From a virus (Duplodnaviria > Caudoviricetes), in IMG/VR virus record IMGVR_UViG_641509434_000001, positions 1 through 64,000 of that record: DNA of 64,000 nucleotides; one strand, 5' to 3'. Both the position numbers and the translations under genes were made by a program. Below are positions 1-9,334 of this stretch, piece by piece (the stretch's first letter is position 1; each line of letters begins with the position of its first letter). Under the pieces are notes generated by a model. It was not told the origin of the DNA. It did no database searches and saw only the letters and a program-made list of their open reading frames with translations.

Positions 1-137
1 TTTAACATACAAACAAACAAACATATCTTCTTAACCGGTGGGGAGTATGCTTGACTATCGCTGGCCAGATAAGGCTTAAACATCCAGATGAGTAAACATT
101 TGCAAAGTAAAATCAAAGAAAGAAAGAGGTTTAGGAA

Positions 138-266
138 ATGAAACCAAAAGAAATAACGTACTATGACTTGTATCATAATCTAATCACTGACATTTACAGA
201 GAAGGCATACTAGTAGCACGTGTATGTGAAACACCAGATGGCTGGGCTAACTATTATACATATTAA
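138..266 (+). CDS. small early hypothetical protein (42 aa)
   Basis: Translated by hand (MKPKEITYYDLY...); preceded by GAGG/AGGA RBS. Confidence 0.55.
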   Translation: MKPKEITYYDLYHNLITDIYREGILVARVCETPDGWANYYTY

Positions 267-280
267 AGTAGGAGGCTAAA

Positions 281-385
281 ATGAAAGATATTGTCAGTAA
301 AATAGTATATATTACAAGCTATATAGTAGGATTCATTGTTGGCTACACAGATGCAGTAGCTAAGAGAATGCTTAAAGAAAAGTAA
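281..385 (+). CDS. small hydrophobic early protein (34 aa)
   Basis: AGGAGG RBS; MKDIVSKIVYITSYIVGFIVGY... Confidence 0.5.
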   Translation: MKDIVSKIVYITSYIVGFIVGYTDAVAKRMLKEK

Positions 386-396
386 GGAGAATTAAA

Positions 397-663
397 ATGA
401 AAAAGATAGAAGGGCTTATTAAGCCAGCTAAAATCAAAGAAATACTTGAAAACTGTGAAAGTATCATGAAAGAAAATGCTGAGAAAGAAGCAGTAACTAT
501 ATCACAGCGTTATCTAAGAGCAGTAGAAGAAGGATACTCAAAACTCCCCTATTGGACTTCAGAAAATATAGACAATGACTACCTAAGAATAGTCTTGAAT
601 GATAATGGCTATAGCGTAACAGAAGTACAACCTAATGGTGCTTGGCTTATTGGTGTAAAATGA
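397..663 (+). CDS. hypothetical early protein
   Basis: ORF track; AAGGAG RBS. Confidence 0.75.
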   Translation: MKKIEGLIKPAKIKEILENCESIMKENAEKEAVTISQRYLRAVEEGYSKLPYWTSENIDNDYLRIVLNDNGYSVTEVQPNGAWLIGVK

Positions 664-929
664 AGATAGATTATCGTTGACAGTAAAGTCGTTAAAATCT
701 GGAACTAGCCATACTAGCCACAAAATATAAAGGAGGAGATACATTGTTAACTAATAGGAACAACGGAATGTTCAGAGAACTGTTACTAGAATATCTCGTA
801 AAGGTAAAGAAATGCTATCAGAAGTACTTGGACAAATCATTGAATCAACAGCTACAATCATTGGTAAAGCAATTGCAGAAAATGCAAAAGAAATAGCTAA
901 AATGATTATAAAGAATAAGTAATCTAACA

Positions 930-974
930 GGGCTTAGACTGTGTCTTGTAAGTCGATGCGTAAAGCATTAACCC
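930..974 (+). ncRNA. 45-nt structured repeat element, copy 1
   Basis: ggg-ctt-agac/tgt/gtct-tgt-aag-tcga-tgc/gtaaa/gca-ttaa-ccc; three further copies with covarying stems. Confidence 0.7.
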
Positions 975-995
975 ATTAAACTAAGGAGAAATAAA

Positions 996-1382
996 ATGAT
1001 TAAGACTATTAAACGTGAACTATTTGATTAACATGCTGCAGAAATTGTTAGTGCATACATTATAGGTGAGAAAGATATTGCTTGGATCTATGATAAAGAG
1101 TCACCATCACTTGACAAGTTAAAAGCTCATCCTGGAGCTAATCCAGTTATTGAACCAGATCATATTGTAGATATTGACAAAGTAGATGATGACGATGCAG
1201 AATATACTAATGAAGTAGTACCTACTGTCATATATGAAATGTTCTCAGAAGAAGACGATGAATACTTGAATGTACTATGTGACATAATTATCACTGAAGG
1301 TATTCCACTTAAAGATATGGGTCAAATGGGAATTAAGTATGAATATGGTGGCTTAATAAACATGCTTGTAATTGAAGACTAA
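996..1382 (+). pseudogene. acidic 128-codon ORF interrupted by in-frame TAA at 1029-1031
   Basis: AAGGAG RBS and ATG at 996; the frame stays open for 116 codons after the TAA. Confidence 0.6.
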
Positions 1383-1408
1383 CAAATAAAAGAAAGAAGA
1401 GAAATAAA

Positions 1409-1627
1409 ATGGAACAAACAAATTACAAACTTACACAACAAATGGTCGTATCAAAAGAACGTGCACGTAAAGCATTGTTGAGAGCAATTGACAATGCAGG
1501 AGATGGAGGTCGAGTAGAACTTGGAAACGGTATCCGAGTAATCAGTGCAAGCAAAAGTGAAATCACATTAAATGACTTTGGTGAAGAACATCAAATCTTG
1601 AAATTCAATGAAAGAACGGTGAAATAA
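1409..1627 (+). CDS. hypothetical early protein
   Basis: ORF track; tightly packed. Confidence 0.7.
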   Translation: MEQTNYKLTQQMVVSKERARKALLRAIDNAGDGGRVELGNGIRVISASKSEITLNDFGEEHQILKFNERTVK

Positions 1628-1628
1628 A

Positions 1629-2102
1629 ATGACACTTAAACCAATTGAAAATGACATACTCTTAAGAGTTAAACATAGTTTAACATATAGTAATACAGTA
1701 TATCTTGATGAAGCTATGCTTAATAGTGTACTTGAGTTATGGAATGACTATAGTAATTTTGATCCAGATCCTGAATTAATGCGAATTAAACGACTTATAT
1801 TCTATGCTACTACTATTGCAAAGCCAAGTCATGATGACTATAAAATTGAATTAGGTAATGCACATAGAGGAACTATAATGAAAAAGTTACTTAATGTAGA
1901 TCTTAGATATATTACTGATCAAGAAGAACTAGAAAGAAAGTTACTTAAAGTAGGAGAGAAACACAATATGGTAGAAGTAGTAATTAATGATGAAGTAAAC
2001 TTCAAAATGCAAATATCTAAAGGCGACAAACTTACACTGGAAATCACAGACCAAGGTGTAACTAAAGTAAGTCTTAGTGCACCAGAAACTAAAGGAGAAT
2101 AG
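1629..2102 (+). CDS. hypothetical early protein
   Basis: ORF track, 157 aa. Confidence 0.75.
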   Translation: MTLKPIENDILLRVKHSLTYSNTVYLDEAMLNSVLELWNDYSNFDPDPELMRIKRLIFYATTIAKPSHDDYKIELGNAHRGTIMKKLLNVDLRYITDQEELERKLLKVGEKHNMVEVVINDEVNFKMQISKGDKLTLEITDQGVTKVSLSAPETKGE

Positions 2103-2103
2103 T

Positions 2104-2310
2104 ATGTACAAAAATACAAGAGAATTATCACCTGAAATAATTGCATTAGTAAATGACAACTTCAATACTTACTATAACATGCTAATAAGTGATAATAAAT
2201 ATAGTACTATTTCTAGAATTAAGAAAAATGCACCATTTGCATGGTCACTATTGTCAGAAGGTCAAAAGACTAGACTCTATCGCACAGCTAAAAAGCATCG
2301 TAAATTTTAA
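2104..2310 (+). CDS. hypothetical basic protein
   Basis: Start moved to the ATG after AAGGAG. Confidence 0.65.
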   Translation: MYKNTRELSPEIIALVNDNFNTYYNMLISDNKYSTISRIKKNAPFAWSLLSEGQKTRLYRTAKKHRKF

Positions 2311-2320
2311 GGAGAATAAT

Positions 2321-2500
2321 ATGACACTTACACCAGAGACACTCTTTAGACGTGCTAGAAAGAACATGGTTAAAGCATTTGAAAAAGATCATACTAGTAA
2401 AGAACTAGATAAACTTGCTCAACTTAAGTTTGAATCTAACTGGCTTGGACTTACAGTTCAACAAAAAGCAACAGTTATCATGGTACTAGAAGGAGAATAA
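2321..2500 (+). CDS. hypothetical protein
   Basis: Start moved to the ATG after AAGGAG. Confidence 0.65.
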   Translation: MTLTPETLFRRARKNMVKAFEKDHTSKELDKLAQLKFESNWLGLTVQQKATVIMVLEGE

Positions 2501-2501
2501 A

Positions 2502-2849
2502 ATGGCAGACTTAACAAACACAATTAAAAGTGTACTTGGTACACATGATCTATCAAAAATCAACTTAGATGACTTAACATTAATCTTGGTTAATGCTATT
2601 GAAGATTCAGAAACAGATGACAAATCTTCTCATGAACTTGTATTAGAACAAGTAGAAGAATTAGTATTCAAATCTTCAGATAAAGAAGTTCAATTAAAAG
2701 CAGTTGCTAGCTTACCTGTTCCAGTATTTAATATGGTACAAGAAGATCTACACATGAATGGCTTTGAAAGACTTGCTAAAGATAGAGTATATGACTTAAA
2801 AGATGCTAAAGTAATAGTAACAGAAAATGGAGTATTTTATGCAGAATGA
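2502..2849 (+). CDS. hypothetical acidic protein
   Basis: AAGGAG RBS, 115 aa. Confidence 0.75.
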   Translation: MADLTNTIKSVLGTHDLSKINLDDLTLILVNAIEDSETDDKSSHELVLEQVEELVFKSSDKEVQLKAVASLPVPVFNMVQEDLHMNGFERLAKDRVYDLKDAKVIVTENGVFYAE

Positions 2850-3087
2850 AACTAACATTGTGTTTAACACACTAGGTATGACACCAGAAGAACTCAAACA
2901 ATGTGTAGAAGATACATGTAAGTTAACTTCAATTAACTACATAGAAGTACAAATCATTGAACAACCTAACTATAGAGGTAACATCTCTGCAGTTAGATTG
3001 ACTATACCTTATGCTGAGTACATAGATGAAATAGTCTATCAAGTAACAACTGACATTAAACTTGCTGAAAACATGAAGAAAGACTAA
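2839..3087 (+). CDS. hypothetical protein
   Basis: GGAG RBS before ATG 2839. Confidence 0.65.
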   Translation: MQNETNIVFNTLGMTPEELKQCVEDTCKLTSINYIEVQIIEQPNYRGNISAVRLTIPYAEYIDEIVYQVTTDIKLAENMKKD

Positions 3088-3105
3088 ACATGATAATGCA
3101 AAATA

Positions 3106-3114
3106 TGTTATAAT
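3106..3114 (+). promoter_or_regulatory. host sigmaA extended -10 promoter
   Basis: TGtTATAAT; predicted +1 near 3121 coincides with the first base of structured element copy 2. Confidence 0.55.
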
Positions 3115-3120
3115 TAATAT

Positions 3121-3164
3121 AGGCTCTGGAATATCCACTTAAGTCGCTGCATAAGCAATAACCT
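3121..3164 (+). ncRNA. 45-nt structured repeat element, copy 2 (44 nt)
   Basis: agg-ctc-tgga/ata/tcca-ctt-aag-tcgc-tgc/ataa/gca-ataa-cct. Confidence 0.7.
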
Positions 3165-3193
3165 GCCACTATAGTTCAAGGAAGGACTAGAAA

Positions 3194-3367
3194 ATGAAAC
3201 ATCTTAAAACAATCATCGCAGTAGCAACATTAACAGTATGTTTATGGTCATTAGTAACGGCTATACTTCAAGCAGCACTGTTCATTGTAACTATGATAAT
3301 CGTAGGTTTGGCATTGATACAATTAGTATTCTTTGCATTAGTAAAACCAAGAAAAGCAACACATTAA
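3194..3367 (+). CDS. small membrane protein (57 aa)
   Basis: Not in ORF track; AAGGA RBS; MKHLKTIIAVATLTVCLWSLVTAILQAALFIVTMIIVGLALIQLVFFALVKPRKATH. Confidence 0.7.
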   Translation: MKHLKTIIAVATLTVCLWSLVTAILQAALFIVTMIIVGLALIQLVFFALVKPRKATH

Positions 3368-3380
3368 GGAGAGAACAATC

Positions 3381-4796
3381 ATGGCAAATGTTAAAGAATT
3401 ACAAGAAGCATACGAACAAGGGACACCATTAATGACTGATGCAGCATATGATGTATTAGTTGGGGACAATGAAGAATTTACTGAGTTGGAAGATGAAACA
3501 TATGTCATCAAACATGCAGTATTCATGGGAACATGCCCAAAGACACGAAATGTAAAAGAATTTAAGCTGTACTGTAAAGGCTTGCTTGGCACAACTAATG
3601 TAGTATTCCAACCTAAGTTTGATGGAGTATCTGGAGAACTTATCGTTGAACATGGTAAAATCACAGCAATCTCATCACGTGGTAATGGAAACTTCGGTCA
3701 AGACTTATCTGACTTAAAAGACATATTATTCAATGACGTAGTAATTATGCCAACAGTTAGAGCTATCTATGGTGAGTTTGTATGGCGTAATGACAACCCA
3801 TCACAAAAAGATAGAAACTTAGTATCTGGATATCTTAACAAGAAAGTTCATAATAAAGAACCTCATTTGGACTTCATTGCATATAAAGCAATTGATTCAA
3901 ATGGTAGAGTTATGGACTTCATGCAAAGTCAATTATATACAACTGGCATCAAATGGTCTGACTGTGCAATCTTAACAGATGAATTAGAAATTCCTAACTT
4001 CGATGGTAGATACCCAGACATCAAACGTGATGGTACAATTATTAAGAACAGTGTTGATATATTTGCACTTAAGCCAGAACCTGAAGCTGGTATTACTACA
4101 ATTACTGGAGTTACTTGGAAGAAATGTAAATCTAAATTCTCAGCAACTGCTCAACTTGAACCAGTAACTATTGGTGCAGTAAATGTATCTTCAGTAACAT
4201 TGCCACTATCTTACATAAAAGATATGGACTTAATGATTGGCGACAAAGTAATGATTAGTCGTAGAGGAGATGTAATTCCTTGTATTGAATTCTTGGTAGA
4301 ACATACAGAAGAATCAAGTCCAATCATAAATGATTCTAAATGTGAATACTGTGGTGGACACTTCCATTTATATGGTAAGAAATTACTATGTGAAAATGAA
4401 AATTGTGTAAGTTACTTAGTTGACTATGAAAATAAAGTACTAGAAACTATGATGAGTAAAGTCAAAGGTGCTAATACTAAATGGTTCATGACTGAAGCTA
4501 AAGGCAATCCAGGAATGATTCTTGAAAGTATCATGAACAATATGATTCTTGGTAATACAGTTAAACGTAGTGAACAATTTGACAAAGGAGTTAAGTATCT
4601 CACAGATACAGAAGACAAGTACAAACTATCATTGTTATTATTTGATATTGATGGACTATCTGGTAAACGACTTGATAAGTATGCAGCAATGACTACATAT
4701 GAACCAGGAGACAAATACATGGAAGGTGTAGCTCAACAACTAATGAATAACAAAATCAATGAATTTAACAAATTCTTAGTAGGAGAAACTAAATAA
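3381..4796 (+). CDS. ligA: NAD+-dependent DNA ligase (compact)
   Basis: YEQGTPLMTDAAYD (domain Ia), KFDG adenylation motif, SRGNG, GDKVMISRRGDVIP (OB fold), CxxC...CxxxxC Zn finger. Confidence 0.85.
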   Translation: MANVKELQEAYEQGTPLMTDAAYDVLVGDNEEFTELEDETYVIKHAVFMGTCPKTRNVKEFKLYCKGLLGTTNVVFQPKFDGVSGELIVEHGKITAISSRGNGNFGQDLSDLKDILFNDVVIMPTVRAIYGEFVWRNDNPSQKDRNLVSGYLNKKVHNKEPHLDFIAYKAIDSNGRVMDFMQSQLYTTGIKWSDCAILTDELEIPNFDGRYPDIKRDGTIIKNSVDIFALKPEPEAGITTITGVTWKKCKSKFSATAQLEPVTIGAVNVSSVTLPLSYIKDMDLMIGDKVMISRRGDVIPCIEFLVEHTEESSPIINDSKCEYCGGHFHLYGKKLLCENENCVSYLVDYENKVLETMMSKVKGANTKWFMTEAKGNPGMILESIMNNMILGNTVKRSEQFDKGVKYLTDTEDKYKLSLLLFDIDGLSGKRLDKYAAMTTYEPGDKYMEGVAQQLMNNKINEFNKFLVGETK

Positions 4797-5350
4797 TGAC
4801 AAATAAATTACGTATTGCAGAACTTGCTGAAGGCGAGGAACTGGCTAACCCTAATGCAAAAATCTTAGAAGAGATTAATGTAAAAGATCGAGACTTCAGC
4901 AAGTTAGTCTTATTGAAAGGAGATCCATCATATGAACATATTAGCGAGTGGTTAATTAGACATAAAGAAGACAAAGACTTACTTGACTTAATCAAAGTAA
5001 CTCCAACTATTAAGGATAAGATTAAGAAAAGTAAGAATTTTATGTCAGGAACAGTTATATTCGAAGCACGAGATGCAATGGATGAACTAGAATTCTTAAG
5101 ACAAAGAAGTATGAAAGATCTAGTATTTGTAATCTATCGTGCAACACCAAATGGACATAGACCAATGTTGGAATATGGAAATATCTATGAAGGAAGATAC
5201 TATAATATGTCATCTAAAATCATGGAAGACTTAGAAGAATATCTAGGTCGAGTAGAAACAAACAATGCCAATGGGATAGTAACTGTTATGCCAAATAGCA
5301 AATATACATTGGAAGAATTTAAAGACGTGCTTAACAGCTGGGTAAATTAA
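4796..5350 (+). CDS. hypothetical protein upstream of RNA polymerase 1
   Basis: 184-aa ORF coupled to the ligase (TAATG). Confidence 0.75.
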   Translation: MTNKLRIAELAEGEELANPNAKILEEINVKDRDFSKLVLLKGDPSYEHISEWLIRHKEDKDLLDLIKVTPTIKDKIKKSKNFMSGTVIFEARDAMDELEFLRQRSMKDLVFVIYRATPNGHRPMLEYGNIYEGRYYNMSSKIMEDLEEYLGRVETNNANGIVTVMPNSKYTLEEFKDVLNSWVN

Positions 5351-5376
5351 GATAATATTAGAAAGATCATAAGGAA

Positions 5377-7209
5377 ATGACAAGTTATATTGAACTATCA
5401 CTCAAATTTGAAGAAGGCGTAATCAAATCAGGAAGCAATATGGATCTAATCAGAGAAAATGCATTAAATGACTATGATAGATATATTGCTTATACAAAAG
5501 ACATTCATGATATTCGTGCAATTAAGACTCTACAAGAGTTCTCAATTCTTGCCGATTATGATACTGGTGTGGTAACGTCTGTAGTAGATGCAATATATAA
5601 AATATTTGCAAGAAGTGAAGCACGTAGAATCTCAGCATTATATTGCTATCTTAAAGGTCTAGAAGAAAGAGGTATTCATGCAGTACTTGTTACTTCTGGT
5701 AAGAATTATGCAGTATATAACTCAGATACAATTTCATCAGTTTGCTATACATCAGTTGAAAGCGAAAGTAAACTATCTGAAGTATATGACGAACTTGGAA
5801 TTAACACTCGAGTATATGAGGTAATCGCAGATGCACAAGGAACATCAACAGAACTCAGAATAGGTAGCATTGATGCTTGTTATTGTGCAAGAAAAATTCT
5901 TAAAGATTTCTTCCCACATATTATTACTGTAATGTATGTTGCAGGTAAAGAAATTGAACTGTATGATATTCCAGAATTTGGACTTCCAAAAGTGGAACAA
6001 AGAGTAGTTATCAAGAAACCAAAGATCTCATCATCAGTACGAGAACTATTATCAGAATCTTATGACATGGACTTCTTACATCAACTTGAAGATCAAATTG
6101 GGGAGTTTAGTCATAAAGGAACTCCACTAAAAGGTCAATTCTTCTATGACTATCGTGGAAGAATCTACTGGCAAGGTAACATCAACTATCAAGGTGAAGC
6201 AGAAAATCGTGACTTGGAAGTTGAAGGAGGAGAATGCTGGGAATATGATGCAACATGCTCAGGTATTCAACTAGGTTCTCTACTATCTAACAATGTCAAA
6301 ATGATGAAACAATGTAATGTCATAGATACTGGGGAAGGCAAACAAGATGCTTATCACTATATCTCAACTAAGACATGTGAAGACTTCGGATATGGTACAA
6401 ACTTTGGAATCACCAAACCTGTATATCATATTACAGACGAAGAACTCAAAGAGAACAAAGACGGCGAATGGGTAGAACCTAAGAAAATGGCAAGAACTAT
6501 TTGTAAGAAACCTCTTATGTTATTGCCTTATGGTGCAGCTGCTCAAACTCTCATTGGTAGTTCTAAAGCTGCCGCAAGAGAATACTATACTGATGTAAGT
6601 GCAACAGTACATGTATTCTCAGAAGATGATGCTAAACAACTTGCTAAAGATGTCTACAAAACAGTGAAGAAAGAAATCAATCGAGAAGCAACTTATAAAG
6701 TAATTCTTGATAACTTCATTTCAGTAGAAACATTGGAAATCAATGGTAAGGAGAAAGGTCAGTATGTATCTTGGAAAACTCCAGATGGGCTTGAAGTTAA
6801 CTCATATTCTAAAGTGGGAATACGAGAAGTAAGTGCAATGGACAAAGATAGCTTACTGCATGATAAGAAACTTACTAAGATTACACTTATTCTAGACGGA
6901 GTAGAATATAGTAAGAAAGTATCATACACATCTGGATCTAACATCAAGTTCTTCAAGAACAATGTTCCAAATGTAGGACAATTAGTTCCAAACTTTATTC
7001 ACAGCTTAGATGCAACTGCATTACGATTTGTAAGTCGTAAACTTATTGAACAAAAGATTCCAGTTGCAGTTATTCATGACTGTGTAATTGTACCTAAACG
7101 TGTAACACAAGATCATATATCTGCATTGTTCAGAGAAGCATATCAATTCATTGCTGACTACTTCGGAGTAGATGTAACAGTAACTGGAGCGATTGTCTTC
7201 CCAGAATAG
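5377..7209 (+). CDS. T7-family single-subunit RNA polymerase 1
   Basis: DYRGRIY, motif A YDATCSGIQ, motif B RTICKKPLMLLPYG, PNFIHSLDA, motif C VIHDC. Confidence 0.93.
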   Translation: MTSYIELSLKFEEGVIKSGSNMDLIRENALNDYDRYIAYTKDIHDIRAIKTLQEFSILADYDTGVVTSVVDAIYKIFARSEARRISALYCYLKGLEERGIHAVLVTSGKNYAVYNSDTISSVCYTSVESESKLSEVYDELGINTRVYEVIADAQGTSTELRIGSIDACYCARKILKDFFPHIITVMYVAGKEIELYDIPEFGLPKVEQRVVIKKPKISSSVRELLSESYDMDFLHQLEDQIGEFSHKGTPLKGQFFYDYRGRIYWQGNINYQGEAENRDLEVEGGECWEYDATCSGIQLGSLLSNNVKMMKQCNVIDTGEGKQDAYHYISTKTCEDFGYGTNFGITKPVYHITDEELKENKDGEWVEPKKMARTICKKPLMLLPYGAAAQTLIGSSKAAAREYYTDVSATVHVFSEDDAKQLAKDVYKTVKKEINREATYKVILDNFISVETLEINGKEKGQYVSWKTPDGLEVNSYSKVGIREVSAMDKDSLLHDKKLTKITLILDGVEYSKKVSYTSGSNIKFFKNNVPNVGQLVPNFIHSLDATALRFVSRKLIEQKIPVAVIHDCVIVPKRVTQDHISALFREAYQFIADYFGVDVTVTGAIVFPE

Positions 7210-7219
7210 TCTTTAACTC

Positions 7220-7264
7220 AGGCTTTGGTAAGACCATGTAAGTCGATGCGTAACGCACTAACCT
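7220..7264 (+). ncRNA. 45-nt structured repeat element, copy 3
   Basis: agg-ctt-tggt/aag/acca-tgt-aag-tcga-tgcg/taa/cgca-ctaa-cct. Confidence 0.7.
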
Positions 7265-7288
7265 AATAAAGAAAGAAGAGAAAATAAA

Positions 7289-7897
7289 ATGGCAAAACAT
7301 ACTAAACAAACTAACAAATCTAACAAGATGCTTAAAGTACTATCAATTACTATTTGTAGTATTATTGTTGTAACAGCTGGAGTATTTCTAGCTATCAACT
7401 TAACTTCTCCTGGCAAGACTCCAACTAAGTCTTTCCATACTACACAAAGTAGTACTAAACCAAGTTCAACTACTGAAGAATCTAACCCAACTGAGTCTAC
7501 TAATGAAAAGTCAGTTCAATCGCAGGGATCAGATGTAACAACAAGAGAAGAATCTACAGCAGAATCTTCTAAACTTGCTGAATACAAAGACGATGCACTA
7601 TCTACTTATAGTGTTGTCTATACTGATTCTAGATATATTGTATCTGCAAATGGTAAAGGACAATACTTTGTAACATCAGCAACTGGTGAAGATGTACTTA
7701 GAAGTGCTCGAGTACAAGAGTGGGTATTCCTTCTTAAAGAGATGGGAGTACAAGACTTAGGTACTATTGATCAATCTAAAATGAATGATATGGTTACTGG
7801 ACTTTCAGTAAACATAAATGAACCATTTAAACCATCTGCTGGACCTGTATACATCTATACTGATAACACGCCTGCGGCATATTCATTAGAAAATTAA
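7289..7897 (+). CDS. membrane-anchored protein with S/T-rich linker (possible superinfection exclusion)
   Basis: Basic N-terminus, one TM helix, S/T/E-rich spacer; function is inference. Confidence 0.6.
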   Translation: MAKHTKQTNKSNKMLKVLSITICSIIVVTAGVFLAINLTSPGKTPTKSFHTTQSSTKPSSTTEESNPTESTNEKSVQSQGSDVTTREESTAESSKLAEYKDDALSTYSVVYTDSRYIVSANGKGQYFVTSATGEDVLRSARVQEWVFLLKEMGVQDLGTIDQSKMNDMVTGLSVNINEPFKPSAGPVYIYTDNTPAAYSLEN

Positions 7898-7908
7898 GGA
7901 GAATAATA

Positions 7909-8106
7909 ATGACAAAGAAATATACATTAGTTGGAATTAGCAGTAATGCATTTGCAGTAATGGAATATGTAACGCGATGCATGATAAAAGAAGGAAAATC
8001 AAGGGTACAAATAAAAGAATACAGGAAAGATGCAACTAGTTCAAACTATGACCACCTTCTTAGTGTTTCAGTAGCAATGATTACAAGGTTGAATAAAGCT
8101 ATCTAG
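7909..8106 (+). CDS. conserved small phage protein
   Basis: LVGxxxNAF...Y..DA.S.NYDHLL pattern, recognised from phage hypothetical proteins. Confidence 0.65.
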   Translation: MTKKYTLVGISSNAFAVMEYVTRCMIKEGKSRVQIKEYRKDATSSNYDHLLSVSVAMITRLNKAI

Positions 8107-8130
8107 AAACAAAGGTAACTAATAATATAG
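8104..8130 (+). promoter_or_regulatory. phage RNAP promoter (27-bp family)
   Basis: tagaaacaaaggtaactaataatatag; its 3' end overlaps the start of structured element copy 4. Confidence 0.55.
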
Positions 8131-8173
8131 GCTTCAGTTAGACTGTGTAAGTCGATGTGCAACTCACTAACCT
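8129..8173 (+). ncRNA. 45-nt structured repeat element, copy 4
   Basis: agg-ctt-cagt/tag/actg-tgt-aag-tcga-tgtg/caa/ctca-ctaa-cct. Confidence 0.7.
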
Positions 8174-8300
8174 ATTAAATAAAGAGGAGTTAACAAATCG
8201 CAAATGAAAATCAATGCAAAAATTAAATCTCATATTCAAAGAGAAATACTAAACGTTGTCGATAAAATTATTAACAATCAATCAGAAGGAAATAAATGTA

Positions 8301-8531
8301 ATGAAATGTGAAAATTGTAACCATAATAAAATGCTTCATGTAGATGATGGACGACTTGAAAATGGATCAGGTTTCGATAATTATATGTGTCCAGTTTGTT
8401 TAACTAAATGTTATATTAAATTCTTATCAAATAAGATGGTAGCTAAAAATTGGACATTTAAACAACAATATCTAATTCGCAACGAAGATCTTGTCCGTGA
8501 AGCATATCATAATGGTCAAACAGGTTGGTGA
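8301..8531 (+). CDS. small Zn-ribbon protein
   Basis: CENC...CPVC. Confidence 0.65.
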   Translation: MKCENCNHNKMLHVDDGRLENGSGFDNYMCPVCLTKCYIKFLSNKMVAKNWTFKQQYLIRNEDLVREAYHNGQTGW

Positions 8532-8666
8532 AAACCAAGCATTAGTAGTAGAAGTATCTTATGACGAAAACAACAAGCGTACACTTAAGACACAATGCTT
8601 GGATACATTCTTTATGGGAGAAAAGTCATAAGATACATTGGGTATCTACAATACGGAGGAAGTAAA

Positions 8667-8915
8667 ATGAAACTAGAAGAAATAGAACAAGTAGTTAATG
8701 ATATCAGATTTGAAGAAGTTAGAGAGTCTGAACTTGCTCAAATGATTTATGCATTCAACAGTAAACAACTAGATATGGAAGAAAGAACTACTATTACTTC
8801 AAATGGCTATAGCTGCTATGTTTCAACTCAAGCATTCTTAGCATTAGTTACTAGAGAATTAGAAGAAGTCAAAAATAGAATTGTCACACTTAAAGCAAAG
8901 ATTGGAGTAGAATAA
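8667..8915 (+). CDS. hypothetical protein
   Basis: GGAGG RBS before ATG 8667. Confidence 0.65.
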   Translation: MKLEEIEQVVNDIRFEEVRESELAQMIYAFNSKQLDMEERTTITSNGYSCYVSTQAFLALVTRELEEVKNRIVTLKAKIGVE

Positions 8916-8970
8916 TGCTAGTTAGAAAGCTTAAAAGTGCTACTATAGCATGTGAAGGGAGCTTACTGTA

Positions 8971-9150
8971 ATGAAAAAGATCTGGAACTTTATAGCTGTA
9001 TTTGTATTGACACTACTATTCGGTATGTTTTTAACTAATATTACAGACTACTTTGAGGCTCATGCAGACATCTCAGAATGGATAATCTCAATTGCAGTAT
9101 CCGCATATGTAGCTATTTTGTGGATCGTAGAAAATAGAAAGAAGAACTAG
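8971..9150 (+). CDS. small 2-TM membrane protein (59 aa)
   Basis: MKKIWNFIAVFVLTLLFGMFL...WIISIAVSAYVAILWIV; GGAG RBS. Confidence 0.65.
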   Translation: MKKIWNFIAVFVLTLLFGMFLTNITDYFEAHADISEWIISIAVSAYVAILWIVENRKKN

Positions 9151-9334
9151 AATGAACTTATCAACAAATGACATTTACAGTGATGAAACTGTAGCAAAAT
9201 GCTATGTATGTAATAAGCATCAAATTGGAGACAATAGAGAACTATATGAGTCAGGTTGGCTACACTTTGCTGATACAGACGATTATATATGTAAATAATG
9301 TAGGATTAGATTGAGTAAAAAGAGGACAAATAAA

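Noticed and set aside
71-100. Possible fifth copy of the 45-nt element (aaggctt...catc/gatg..gtaa)
   Set aside because: It lacks TAAGTCG, the second hairpin and the TAACC end.
1029-1031. Genome-wide stop-codon reassignment
   Set aside because: Only one in-frame TAA was seen; TAA, TAG and TGA all end genes normally elsewhere.
930-8173. 45-nt element as an HDV/theta, hammerhead or twister ribozyme
   Set aside because: The CTAA linker resembles HDV J4/2, but its C is T or A in two copies and there is no P1/L3. There is no CUGAnGA/GAAA core.
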